In this document: piece after piece, positions 18,654 to 27,855 of the stretch | Layout: each line of letters starts with the position of its first letter | How positions within the stretch are numbered: the first letter of the stretch is position 1 | Assembly (NCBI RefSeq): GCF_965225875.1 | Contig: NZ_CBDDBS010000003.1 | Coordinates: forward strand, 2,320,701-2,384,700 | Direction of reading: 5' to 3' | DNA length: 64,000 nt | Source of the DNA: Haliscomenobacter sp. | Lineage (GTDB): Bacteria > Bacteroidota > Bacteroidia > Chitinophagales > Saprospiraceae | Notes under the pieces: model-generated | Seen by the model: only the letters and a program-made list of their open reading frames with translations | Databases searched by the model: none | Told to the model about the DNA's origin: nothing | Program-made: the position numbers and the translations under genes

Positions 18654-20537
18654 ATGAAGTCTGTTAAAACACTACTACTTGCTATTTCCATGCTGAGTGT
18701 TGTGACGGGTTGGGCACAAAAATTCCCACTCAAAACCCTCCCACTCGAAGACATGAGCAATTTCAAAACCACGGGCAGCAATTGGCAAATTGTGGGCGAT
18801 GTGGTGATGGATCGCAATGGCGGCATGAAAGTTACACCTGGCAAAGGGATCCTGCTCAACAATGTATCCGACAAGGACCACGACATTCTGGACCAGGCCA
18901 ACAAAAAACAGGATTGGGCTACCGTCGAAGGTTACAAAGTGCTTACCGCCTGGGAACACGGCGACCTGGAATTGGAACTTGACTTTATGATGCCCAAAGG
19001 TTCCAACTCGGGCATCTACCTGCAAGGCCGTTATGAGGTGCAACTGTTCGACAGCTGGGGCGTAAAATCGCCCAAGTATGGCGACCTCGGCGGCATCTAC
19101 CGCAACTGGGAAAGCGCCCCTGGCAAAATCTATATGGGCAAAGCACCCCTGGCCAATGCAGCGAAAGCGCCTGGCTTGTGGCAAAACATGAAAATTTCCT
19201 TTCAGGCACCCCGATTTGATGCCCAGGGCAATAAAATCGAAAATGCCCGTTTGAACTCCGTAATCATCAATGGGGTTTTGGTGCACCAGAATTTGGAAAT
19301 TCCATTGCCAACCGGTGGCCCACTCGATCAAAAAGAAGTGCCCCTTGGCCCCATTTTCATCCAGGGCGACCACGGTGCGGTTGCTTTCCGCAACATCAAG
19401 TACCGCTCCCTGGGCTCCAAAGTGGCCAGTACCAGCGACATCAGCTACAAGTACTTCGAAGGCAAATTCAAAAATGCGGAAGAGCTGAACGCTCAAACCC
19501 CCAAAGCCAGCGGGAAACTTCCCGCAGTGACGATTGAAGTGCTGGATCTGGAAGATGTTTCCGGGGTTCGTTTTGATGGTGTATTGAATGTTCCTGAAGA
19601 TGGCTATTACCTGATGTCGCTCAATACGACTGGGGGGTACAAACTGCAAATCGACAACCAGAATGTAGCCTTCAACGAGCGTCCGGATAGTTGGTGGGAC
19701 TCCAAGCAGAGTAGTGTGCAACTCAAGGCTGGTGCGCATCCTTTTACCCTTTATTACTACAAAGACGCGGGTTATATGCCTCCCCGCCTCGGTTGGGTCA
19801 TTGAAGGTTCGGCCATTCAACGTTCCACTTTGACCACTTTTGGCTCTTATCCACCAGACCCCAATCCTACTTCACCCATCCAGGTGGCTGTGGGCAGCAA
19901 AACCAGGTTACTTCGGGCTTTCCTCGATTTTGAGCGCGACCGGGCCCGCCGCCTCACCCATACCATTGGAGTAGGTGACCCTGGTGGCCTGCATTACATT
20001 TACGACCTGAAAGCTGGCAATGTCGCCTGTGTTTGGCGGGGTGATTTTATCGATGCCACCCCGATGTGGAATGACCGTGGTGACGGCAGTTTCCGGCCGC
20101 TGGGGGTTACTCAGTTCACTTTTATTGGCCAGAGCCTGGGCATCATCCAGGGTAGAAGCGATGCATTCCCCACTACTTATCAGGAAGCAGACTTCAAAAC
20201 CAAGGGTTACGCCATCGAAGAAGCAACCGGTCGGCCAATTTTCCGCTACAGCTATAAAGGGATCGACGTAGAGGAGCGTTGTTACCCCAGTGTAGATCAA
20301 AACAGCCTGGTGCGGGAGATCGCGCTTAACGGGGCTATTCCTGATGGTGCACACCTCAAAATTGCCGAAGGCAAAGACATCACAGCCATGCCCGACGGCT
20401 CTTTTGCCATTGACGACCGCAAGTACTACATCGTCCTTGGTGGTGACCTGAAAGCGTCGATTCGCGATTTTAATGGCAAAAAAGAATTGGTTGTGCCCGT
20501 AAAAGCTGGCATTGCGAAGTTTTCGATTATTTGGTAA
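18654..20537 (+). CDS. Exported DUF1080 (3-keto-disaccharide hydrolase-like) + PA14 domain protein
   Basis: Signal peptide. DUF1080 motifs NSGIYLQGRYEVQ and QGDHGAVAFRNI. PA14-like RFDGVLNVPEDGYY...GAHPFTLYY. C-terminal domain uncharacterised. Confidence 0.8.
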   Translation: MKSVKTLLLAISMLSVVTGWAQKFPLKTLPLEDMSNFKTTGSNWQIVGDVVMDRNGGMKVTPGKGILLNNVSDKDHDILDQANKKQDWATVEGYKVLTAWEHGDLELELDFMMPKGSNSGIYLQGRYEVQLFDSWGVKSPKYGDLGGIYRNWESAPGKIYMGKAPLANAAKAPGLWQNMKISFQAPRFDAQGNKIENARLNSVIINGVLVHQNLEIPLPTGGPLDQKEVPLGPIFIQGDHGAVAFRNIKYRSLGSKVASTSDISYKYFEGKFKNAEELNAQTPKASGKLPAVTIEVLDLEDVSGVRFDGVLNVPEDGYYLMSLNTTGGYKLQIDNQNVAFNERPDSWWDSKQSSVQLKAGAHPFTLYYYKDAGYMPPRLGWVIEGSAIQRSTLTTFGSYPPDPNPTSPIQVAVGSKTRLLRAFLDFERDRARRLTHTIGVGDPGGLHYIYDLKAGNVACVWRGDFIDATPMWNDRGDGSFRPLGVTQFTFIGQSLGIIQGRSDAFPTTYQEADFKTKGYAIEEATGRPIFRYSYKGIDVEERCYPSVDQNSLVREIALNGAIPDGAHLKIAEGKDITAMPDGSFAIDDRKYYIVLGGDLKASIRDFNGKKELVVPVKAGIAKFSIIW

Positions 20538-20540
20538 TCT

Positions 20541-20631
20541 AGTTGAGGAGTTGAGAAGTTGAGGAGTTGAGGCTGCCGCGTGCGACCCACTCCTCAACTT
20601 CTCAACTCCTCAACTCCTCAACTTTCTCAAC
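20541..20631. repeat. Palindromic element A: AGTTGAG(G/A) octamer arms, truncated GCTGCCGC core
   Basis: Four octamers (20541-20572) face four inverted octamers (20592-20623), 30/32 match. It fills the whole intergenic gap up to the next ATG. Confidence 0.9.
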
Positions 20632-22611
20632 ATGAAATATTTTATCCAAACCGGCTTACTTTTAGCTGGTCTGCTTATCATACAGCTGTTTACCAGTTTT
20701 AGCTGGAGCGTAATTCCGCCGGCCAAAACACCTACGGAAGACGATTATTACAAAATCATCACCCTCCCCACTACCGAAGGAATGCTCCTGGAGGTGGGTG
20801 GGATAACCACTTTGCAAGACGGTCGCCTGGCCCTTTGTACCCGCCGTGGAGATGTATACTTGGTAGAAAACCCGGAAATGACCAACGGGACTTTGCCTCG
20901 TTATAAACTTTTCGCCTCCGGATTGCACGAACCATTGGGACTTGCTTCCAAAGACAATGCCCTCTACGCCGCCCAACGGGGTGAACTCACCAAGTTGATG
21001 GATACCAATGGCGACGACGTAGCCGATGTGTACGAAACCGTATACGCCTGGCCTGTTTCCGGCCACTATCACGAGTATTCTTACGGACCAAAATTTGCGC
21101 CCGATGGCAGCATGTTTGTCACTGGCAACGTAGCATTTGGTGACCAGGAATGGTGGCGGGGTGAAAGTCGGGTCTTTGGCCGCGGCTGGACCATGCGCAT
21201 TACCCCCGATGGCAAAATGGAGCCCTGGGCAACCGGGATGCGTTCCCCTTGCGGTTTGGGCATGATCGATGGTGAGTTGTTTTACGACGACAACCAGGGC
21301 GATTACATGGGCTCCGGGGGTATCTGGCACGTTAAAAAAGGCGCCTTCACCGGTCACCCCGCTGGTTTGGTATGGACCGATAAAATTGCCAACTCTCCGG
21401 TAAAAATGACCGCTGATCAGTTCAATGCGGTGGTCGATCCCCGAAAAGTTAAAAACTCAACTGGCGGGTACGAAAAACCCGAAAACATCGCCACCGAAAC
21501 CAACCCAAACACCCTTTTTGCCGTAAAAAGTAAATTGCCGGAAGTAACCTTACCTGCGGTTTGGTTGCCGCACGGGATTTTGGGCATTTCCAATTCTGAA
21601 ATTTTGCCCGATCAAACCAAAGGTGGATTTGGACCTTTTGCCGGTCAGGTTTTTGTAGGGGACCAGGGCCAAAGTCGCGTGATGCGCGTGGTGCTGGAAA
21701 AAGTGAAGGGTGAATACCAAGGGGTGGCCTTTGATTTCCGCAGCGGCTTCCAATCGGGAATCCTGCGCATGACCTGGGGTCACGATGGTTCATTGTACGT
21801 AGGTGAAACCAATCGCGGTTGGGGTTCAGCTGGAACGGCCACTTCTGGCTTGCAACGCCTGGCCTGGACAGGTAAAGTGCCGATGGAAATGAAAACGGTT
21901 CGTGCGATGCCTGATGGATTTGAGATTGAGTTCACCTTGCCCGTTGACAAAGCCAGCGCCGAAAATCTCGCTTCCTATTCCGGCAAAAACTTCATCTACA
22001 AATACCACCCAGTATACGGCAGCCCGCCCATCAGCGATACGCCGCTCGGCATCAAAGGGGTGAAAGTATCCGAAGATGGTCTGAAAGTGCGTTTGGTGAT
22101 CGACAACATCAAACAATACTACTTGCACGAAATCAAGGTGGATGGGATTCGTTCGCGTGATGGTTTACCCGTTTTGCACCCAACTGCCTACTACACCCTC
22201 AACAACATTCCAGACGGAGCTAAATTGAGCATGGCAGAAGTAAGTACCAAAAGAATGGAAGCCACGCCAGAAAAGGTGCTTGAAGAGGTGAAAGTTAAAG
22301 TACCCAAGGCCAAAAAGGGCAAAGAAACGGTAGAAGCCAAGGCACCTACTTACGATAAGGTACAACCCTTGTTGGCCAAGTGGACTTGTTTGGGTTGCCA
22401 CAACACCAACACCCGGCAGGTTGGCCCTTCTTTTATCGATATCGCCAAGCGCAAGTACAGCAACGAGCGCATCGTAGAATTGATTCACAAACCTGAGCCT
22501 AAAAACTGGCCCGAATACGCTACCGAAATGGCACCGATGTCTCAGGTACCGAAGGCGGATGCTTTGAAAATGGCGGCATGGATTAATTCTTTGCGGCAGG
22601 AAACACCTTAA
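20632..22611 (+). CDS. Glucose/sorbosone dehydrogenase-like beta-propeller with C-terminal class I cytochrome c
   Basis: Propeller motifs GLHEPLGL, GMRSPCG, YVGETNRGWG. Heme motif CLGCH, VGPSF and a distal Met region EMAPM. Confidence 0.72.
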   Translation: MKYFIQTGLLLAGLLIIQLFTSFSWSVIPPAKTPTEDDYYKIITLPTTEGMLLEVGGITTLQDGRLALCTRRGDVYLVENPEMTNGTLPRYKLFASGLHEPLGLASKDNALYAAQRGELTKLMDTNGDDVADVYETVYAWPVSGHYHEYSYGPKFAPDGSMFVTGNVAFGDQEWWRGESRVFGRGWTMRITPDGKMEPWATGMRSPCGLGMIDGELFYDDNQGDYMGSGGIWHVKKGAFTGHPAGLVWTDKIANSPVKMTADQFNAVVDPRKVKNSTGGYEKPENIATETNPNTLFAVKSKLPEVTLPAVWLPHGILGISNSEILPDQTKGGFGPFAGQVFVGDQGQSRVMRVVLEKVKGEYQGVAFDFRSGFQSGILRMTWGHDGSLYVGETNRGWGSAGTATSGLQRLAWTGKVPMEMKTVRAMPDGFEIEFTLPVDKASAENLASYSGKNFIYKYHPVYGSPPISDTPLGIKGVKVSEDGLKVRLVIDNIKQYYLHEIKVDGIRSRDGLPVLHPTAYYTLNNIPDGAKLSMAEVSTKRMEATPEKVLEEVKVKVPKAKKGKETVEAKAPTYDKVQPLLAKWTCLGCHNTNTRQVGPSFIDIAKRKYSNERIVELIHKPEPKNWPEYATEMAPMSQVPKADALKMAAWINSLRQETP

Positions 22612-22613
22612 AT

Positions 22614-22707
22614 AAAGATGAAAGATGAGAGATGCTACCGCAGAGACTTTGACAAGGTCATTGTCAAAAACGCTGCGGTAGCATCTCTCATCTTTCATCT
22701 CTCATCT
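22614..22707. repeat. Palindromic element D: A(A/G)AGATG heptamer arms, GCTACCGC...GCGGTAGC core, inner TTTGACAA hairpin
   Basis: Arms 22614-22643 and 22673-22702 match at 29/30. Inner hairpin TTTGACAA-GGTCA-TTGTCAAA at 22648-22668. Confidence 0.9.
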
Positions 22708-23745
22708 CTACTTCCCGCCCGTATACATCTTACAATCCACTCTGAATTCAATAAAGCGCTGATTGTTGGTTTCCAGAATTTCAGTGATTTTCAAACCTGG
22801 ATCTACAATTCCTCCCAGGTAAAAGTTTCTTCCACAGTAGTTGTGCAAATCCACCATCGGTAGCTTCATGTCATTCACATAGTAGATTTGTGAAGCGCCT
22901 GGCGCCAGGGTTTTAGTGTTGGAAATTCGTCCACCTATCACCAGTTTGTCTTCGGGGAACTGCCCAGCAACAGCTAACGGCGCATAGGCCATTGGTGCAG
23001 CGGTATTGGACGAGGTGATGATGTCCACCATATAGCCATTCGCAGGATCAGTATCCGTACCAACAGCAGGGCCAGTACCAATGTTTTTTACCTCAATTTT
23101 GAAGTCAGAAAAAGGCAAACCAGGGCCACCTACGGGATTGGCCAGGGCCATGTAGGTAATCACGAGATCAGGGCGAGGTGCGGTAGTTGAACCACTGCAA
23201 TCCAGTTTCACCCGAACAAAGCGGGTATTGTCATTTTCATTGGTTTCAGCTACTTTTTTACCGGGGTCGGCAATAGCACCGATGGCCACGTAGCCCAATT
23301 GGCAAGGTTTAGCAATTACTTTGGGCATTGGGAAACTTTCCAGGTAGGTGTCTTCCTGACCAGGAGCCAAAGTTTTGGTGTTGCTGTAGCGACCGCCGAT
23401 CACCAGCATGTCTTCCTGGTATTCGTAGGGGTTAGGTACTACTGCAAAGGCGATTGGTGCACTGGCATCGGTTGACAAAACCAGGTCAACCATATAGCCT
23501 TTGGCGGGGTCATCCAGGGTGCCGATGGCTTTGGCAGAGCCGATGTTTTTTACGGTTACTTTGCAATTGACCGTTTCACCTGGCACGTACACCGGTTTTT
23601 CTGGAACAATATTGGTAATGACCAGATTGGGGGCCGCAGCGGTTAACGCAGAAGGATTGACCACTAATGGGTTTTGAGCGGATGCCAAAATTGTGACCAA
23701 AGAGGCTACAAAAGTGAAAAGTGCGTTGAAGCTTAACTTTTTCAT
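22708..23745 (-). CDS. Exported protein with two tandem CARDB-like domains
   Basis: Signal peptide MKKLSFNALFTFVASLVTILASAQ (ATG 23745). Two repeats of P(N/D)LVIT...VKNIG...DPG.K..E..E.(D/N)N. No T9SS CTD. Confidence 0.78.
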   Translation of the reverse strand: MKKLSFNALFTFVASLVTILASAQNPLVVNPSALTAAAPNLVITNIVPEKPVYVPGETVNCKVTVKNIGSAKAIGTLDDPAKGYMVDLVLSTDASAPIAFAVVPNPYEYQEDMLVIGGRYSNTKTLAPGQEDTYLESFPMPKVIAKPCQLGYVAIGAIADPGKKVAETNENDNTRFVRVKLDCSGSTTAPRPDLVITYMALANPVGGPGLPFSDFKIEVKNIGTGPAVGTDTDPANGYMVDIITSSNTAAPMAYAPLAVAGQFPEDKLVIGGRISNTKTLAPGASQIYYVNDMKLPMVDLHNYCGRNFYLGGIVDPGLKITEILETNNQRFIEFRVDCKMYTGGK

Positions 23746-23874
23746 TGGGATGTTTTTATCAAGGTTAAAGATGTTTTGATTAAAGACCTTACATCCCAAT
23801 GTGTCAAACGCAGTTTGTTCCGTTCCACTTTTTTTTATTTTTTTGTAACCATTTAGCAGCCGCCTGCGGCGGAA

Positions 23875-23960
23875 TTTTTCACCACAAAGGCACAAAGACA
23901 CAAAGACATTAAGCTCTAAAATGTTGTGTCTTTGTGCCTTTGTGCCTTTGTGGTGAAAAA
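23875..23960. repeat. Palindromic element E: CACAAAG(G/A) octamer arms with TTTTTCACCAC termini
   Basis: Arms 23875-23908 and 23927-23960 match at 33/34. Termini identical to element H. Confidence 0.9.
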
Positions 23961-24021
23961 AATTGAATGTGAAATCCACCGCAGGTGGATGGGCGCTAAA
24001 TAGTTATATTTTTTTAACTGC

Positions 24022-25104
24022 TCATACTCCCACTTTGTACAAATCAATCGGTTTTTCTTTGCCCTTCAGACTAATGTTGCTTACTTTTTCCAGTGAATAT
24101 GGTGGGTTCGACAGGATATCAACCAGCTTATCTGTGATGACCATTTTAGCGCCAAGCGCGCCACATTCCTTCTCGACCCGCGAGGTGGTATTGAGCACAT
24201 CGCCCGAGAATTTGATAGACTTTTTGATTTGTCCCATCTCCCCGATGATCACTTTCCCACAGTGGACGGCTGCTTTAAATTGCGGGATAACGCCATAACG
24301 GCTGAGGTAGGTGGTCTTTTTTGTTTCGATCACTTTTTCAAAATCCTGGTAACAGGTCAGACAGCGCGTTTCAAACGAACCACTGGGAAAGGTCCAACTG
24401 ATGATCACCTGGTCGCCCACATACTCTACCACTTCACCTTTGTGTTGGGTAATGACTGCAGCGATATCGTGGAAAAAATCATTTAAAAACCGGTAGAATT
24501 TTTCGTTGCCCAGCTTTTCGGCAATCGTCGTGGAATGATTGAGGTCCAGAAACATAAAAATCCGTTGTTCTTCCTTGGGGTTAAAATACCGCCCACTGAA
24601 CATCATCCACAGTTCATTGCTCCCGAAGCGTTCGGACAATTGCAGCCAAAAAGAGGAAAGCAGCACCAGCAGCAGAATCGGAGAAACTGGATGCCAAAAT
24701 GCAATCGAGCCGATAAAGTTTCTAGTCTCCTGCCAAGCCAGCGGATCGCCGATGCTTCGGCCTGAAAGGATACTATTGAAGGCATAGGAAATGCTCAAAA
24801 GCAGCATAAACAATAGTACCGAATAAATGGCAATCTTTTTAAGAATGGCTACCCAAAATCTTTCTCGCGTGATCTTTTTTTGAAAATAAAACAGTTCCAG
24901 CAATCCAAAAAGCAGGCTTCCTACAAACAAACCGCCCATGGCCGCAATGGCATTTTTTCCCAAATTGAATTCCTCCATGGGGGCAGTTTCTAAAACTCCG
25001 GGATAATTGGCCAGAAAAAAATATTCGTACAAGGCGGTCAACAAACCCGCTGTCACCCATATTACGCTAATAACCGTCAATTGAACGAGTTGATTTCGTG
25101 TCAT
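24022..25104 (-). CDS. Membrane-bound class III adenylate/guanylate cyclase domain protein
   Basis: N-terminal TM segments; FMFLDLNHST, YVGDQV, GDVLNTTSRVE (metal Asp residues and N-x3-R). Confidence 0.88.
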   Translation of the reverse strand: MTRNQLVQLTVISVIWVTAGLLTALYEYFFLANYPGVLETAPMEEFNLGKNAIAAMGGLFVGSLLFGLLELFYFQKKITRERFWVAILKKIAIYSVLLFMLLLSISYAFNSILSGRSIGDPLAWQETRNFIGSIAFWHPVSPILLLVLLSSFWLQLSERFGSNELWMMFSGRYFNPKEEQRIFMFLDLNHSTTIAEKLGNEKFYRFLNDFFHDIAAVITQHKGEVVEYVGDQVIISWTFPSGSFETRCLTCYQDFEKVIETKKTTYLSRYGVIPQFKAAVHCGKVIIGEMGQIKKSIKFSGDVLNTTSRVEKECGALGAKMVITDKLVDILSNPPYSLEKVSNISLKGKEKPIDLYKVGV

Positions 25105-25228
25105 CGTTTAGTGTTGTTGTTGAAGTAAGGATACACAATGCCTGCAATAGTTGCAAGAAGGGTTTAGGCAAGCAGGGTGACAAATGCGAAGAAACTTTTT
25201 AAATACTCCATTGCAGTTGGCTAAAAGT

Positions 25229-25262
25229 AAAAAAGGGCAGAAGCACATTCAAGCTTCTGCCC
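25229..25262 (-). terminator. Intrinsic terminator after the PAP2/haloperoxidase gene
   Basis: GGGCAGAAGC / GCTTCTGCCC 10-bp stem followed by a U-tract on the minus strand. Confidence 0.75.
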
Positions 25263-25293
25263 TACCATTTCAAGTATTTTAGACAGGGGGCCC

Positions 25294-26832
25294 TTATTCA
25301 GCTCCGTCTAGTTTTGCTCTATTGAGGCTGTATTGTGCAACGTTTTTACCTTGGGTGATCCCCACCTCCGCATCAAAGCGGTAGTGAATACCTCCCAAAA
25401 TCCGGGACTCAGCAGCTTCATTTGCCCAATCTCTCGCTTTTTGGGCTTCGTTGGGGAAAACGTACGCTACAACTTCCGCGGCAGCAGCCGAAAACGTGCT
25501 GTGCCCGGAAGTGTAGGCAGGAAAGTTTGGAGTACCCAGTATTGTCTTGAACCCTGGAATTGCCTGGATTGGCCGGGGATAATGGTAGTAATATTTCGCA
25601 TCCCAACAGCTGATACCTGCGTCCATAACCGCCATGTTCAGGTAGGCAAAAGTGCGGGCCGAGCGTAGTGGGTTAAATTTGTATTCGATCAATAAATCTT
25701 TGACATAGCGATTCCAGTGCCCTGGAGGGGTATAAGTGCCCAAACCATCTGACCACCAGTTGGCTATTTTGCGCTGTTCCGGGGTGATTTTTTTGGCAAT
25801 ATCCTGTAATTCCTTGGCTGCGGTATTAAACTCCGCAGAACCTGGCGCTGGTGGCGGTCCTGGGCGAACCAATTCCACATTCGGTACATTCCACATTTTC
25901 ACCTTACCAAAAAGTGGTGCCAAACCAACCGGGCGTACCGGGGTTTCCTGATTGTCCCATTGCCAGCCAAAACGTTTTAAAGCAGCGGTTTTAATCGAAT
26001 CCGAAATGGGTCTGGGCGCTTGGGCCTTGCTCATGCCATCCGTCCGCGCTCTCGCCATAGCTACTTTGGCTACTTCCACCCCAATGGTGGCACCTGCGTC
26101 GATGTCGCTTTTTACGTTCACACCTGCCCAGGTTAGGCTGGACATGTGTTCCGTAGCTTTAGCAGCCAGGTAATCCTTTTCCAGCGGGAACATTGCCGTC
26201 AGGATATCCCGTGAGGCCGTTGCAACCACCGCTGCGTCGGCTGGATAAGCAGGCAGCGATGTTTTTGCGTAGGCGGGTACAATGCTGTTGTCAACGTCTG
26301 ATGGCGCTTTGCGATTGAAGGTATACTTGTAGTACCAGGCGCTGATCAAACCATCAAATTGTGCCACACTCAAATAGGCCAAGGCCCGTGAGGTGTACGG
26401 TGGATGGGCAAAAGGAAACTGCGGGTATTTGCTTGGATTGGCAGGATCCGGCAAAGTATAGGTCCCATCTGCATTGGGTTGGGGAATGATGTTGTACTTG
26501 GCGGCCAATTCGAGTGCAATCTCGTTCCAGCGCAAGACCGGATTATTGGTCCAATATTCGATCGCTTTCTTTTGGTCGCTGGTTAAATTGGCCATTGCCG
26601 TTTTTAGGGCAGCCAATTCATTTTTATAGTCGTCGGAAGTGACGTCCTTAGGAGTGGGAATGGAAATTTGGTTGCCCCCGCTTAGAAGGATTGGTTTCCA
26701 GGAACCTCCTTTTTCATCCAGGCTGGCAAAAGTGTAATCAGCATAATCGGCGTGGGTCAGCAAATCTTTTTCACAAGAAAAGGCGTAAACCAGACCGAAG
26801 GTCAAAATGATACGTATCCATTTATTTTTCAT
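25294..26832 (-). CDS. Lipoprotein, PAP2 / vanadium-dependent haloperoxidase superfamily, internally duplicated
   Basis: Lipobox-like AFSC followed by EKD. C-terminal motifs KYYYHYPRP (KX6RP), YTSGH and SRILGGIHYRFD (SRX5HX3D). Confidence 0.85.
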   Translation of the reverse strand: MKNKWIRIILTFGLVYAFSCEKDLLTHADYADYTFASLDEKGGSWKPILLSGGNQISIPTPKDVTSDDYKNELAALKTAMANLTSDQKKAIEYWTNNPVLRWNEIALELAAKYNIIPQPNADGTYTLPDPANPSKYPQFPFAHPPYTSRALAYLSVAQFDGLISAWYYKYTFNRKAPSDVDNSIVPAYAKTSLPAYPADAAVVATASRDILTAMFPLEKDYLAAKATEHMSSLTWAGVNVKSDIDAGATIGVEVAKVAMARARTDGMSKAQAPRPISDSIKTAALKRFGWQWDNQETPVRPVGLAPLFGKVKMWNVPNVELVRPGPPPAPGSAEFNTAAKELQDIAKKITPEQRKIANWWSDGLGTYTPPGHWNRYVKDLLIEYKFNPLRSARTFAYLNMAVMDAGISCWDAKYYYHYPRPIQAIPGFKTILGTPNFPAYTSGHSTFSAAAAEVVAYVFPNEAQKARDWANEAAESRILGGIHYRFDAEVGITQGKNVAQYSLNRAKLDGAE

Positions 26833-26847
26833 GGCGAATTGGCAATT

Positions 26848-27774
26848 TTAGAGTTTAAACTGATAGGTTACTCCGGCACCCATGTTTTGGAATTTACCCA
26901 TGTTGCGGCCATCGATGATTTGGGAATAATAAGCCAGGATACCCAAACCCTGGATGGCCTTGATGCCTTGGAAATAGTACTGGCCAAAGAAACCCACCTG
27001 GTCAAACGACATTTTGTTGGTCGGCTGTGGCGCATTGTAAATCCGAATGTCATCGCCCGTAAGGCAATGAACCGCCATGTAATTGGCCTCCAGTTTCAAG
27101 GAGTTGTTGAATAGCCAGACTCCCACAGCACCATGGTAATTCAGGGCATTGGGCACATCCATCCACTCGGAATAGTAGCTACCATTGTTGTAGTAATAAT
27201 CCCGCTCGACCTTGCTTTGTCCCCGCCAAAGGTGGGCAAAGGCGCCACGAGCATAAATGCCATTATCAAAGCGATACTGCAGGATACCACGCAAGGTGAC
27301 CTCTCTGGTTTTGAGGCCAATGCTAAAGGGCATGTAATCCGACAAATAATTGGATACCGGAAAAGAAAAACCAGCAGTAGTCAAGAAGGAAATCTTGCCC
27401 GGGCCCACCTGGCGGTTGAACAATTCTGCCTTGACGGCAATGCCCAGGTCTTGCAAACCTTTGGCACCTACCAACTGGCCACCCGTTGCATCCGTAGAGA
27501 TGTAGGGTACCCCGGCAAGTAGATTGATTTTGTCGGTAATGCCGTAAGCAAACATCGGCATGATGATCTCCCTGGAAAAAGTGCCAATGTTGCCATTTTC
27601 GCGCAGGCGGGTACCTTCCCAGTATTGATCCCAGGAGCCAGTTTCATAAGAGGCTGCCAAACAGATTTCCCGCTTTTTCATCATCAGGTCATCAGCAGGC
27701 GTTTGGGCAAATGCCGCGCCCAATTGGCTGAGTAGTACAGCCAACACGAGTATGTATTGGAAGTGATTTTTCAT
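26848..27774 (-). CDS. Outer-membrane beta-barrel protein (putative transporter)
   Basis: Signal peptide, amphipathic beta strands and C-terminal GVTYQFKL. 15 bp upstream of the PAP2 gene. Confidence 0.7.
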   Translation of the reverse strand: MKNHFQYILVLAVLLSQLGAAFAQTPADDLMMKKREICLAASYETGSWDQYWEGTRLRENGNIGTFSREIIMPMFAYGITDKINLLAGVPYISTDATGGQLVGAKGLQDLGIAVKAELFNRQVGPGKISFLTTAGFSFPVSNYLSDYMPFSIGLKTREVTLRGILQYRFDNGIYARGAFAHLWRGQSKVERDYYYNNGSYYSEWMDVPNALNYHGAVGVWLFNNSLKLEANYMAVHCLTGDDIRIYNAPQPTNKMSFDQVGFFGQYYFQGIKAIQGLGILAYYSQIIDGRNMGKFQNMGAGVTYQFKL

Positions 27775-27855
27775 CGAAAAAAGTTAAACCAATGAGTATT
27801 AGCCATGGCACTTCAAGAGCGCATGGTCATTAAAAACAAAGAAAAGCATGAAAAA

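Noticed and set aside
22165-22863. Track ORFs 22618..22863 (+) and 22165..22698 (-), both starting MKDERCYR
   Set aside because: The near-identical N-termini on opposite strands come from the symmetry of palindrome D, and each overlaps a real gene on the opposite strand.
23746-23979. 78-aa N-terminal extension of the CARDB ORF (HHKGTKAQRH...)
   Set aside because: It is a translation of palindrome E and upstream DNA; the signal peptide starts at ATG 23745.
24022-25104. Pycsar-type anti-phage cyclase
   Set aside because: There is no adjacent TIR or TM effector with a cNMP-binding domain, and the TM-cyclase architecture fits a common signalling family.
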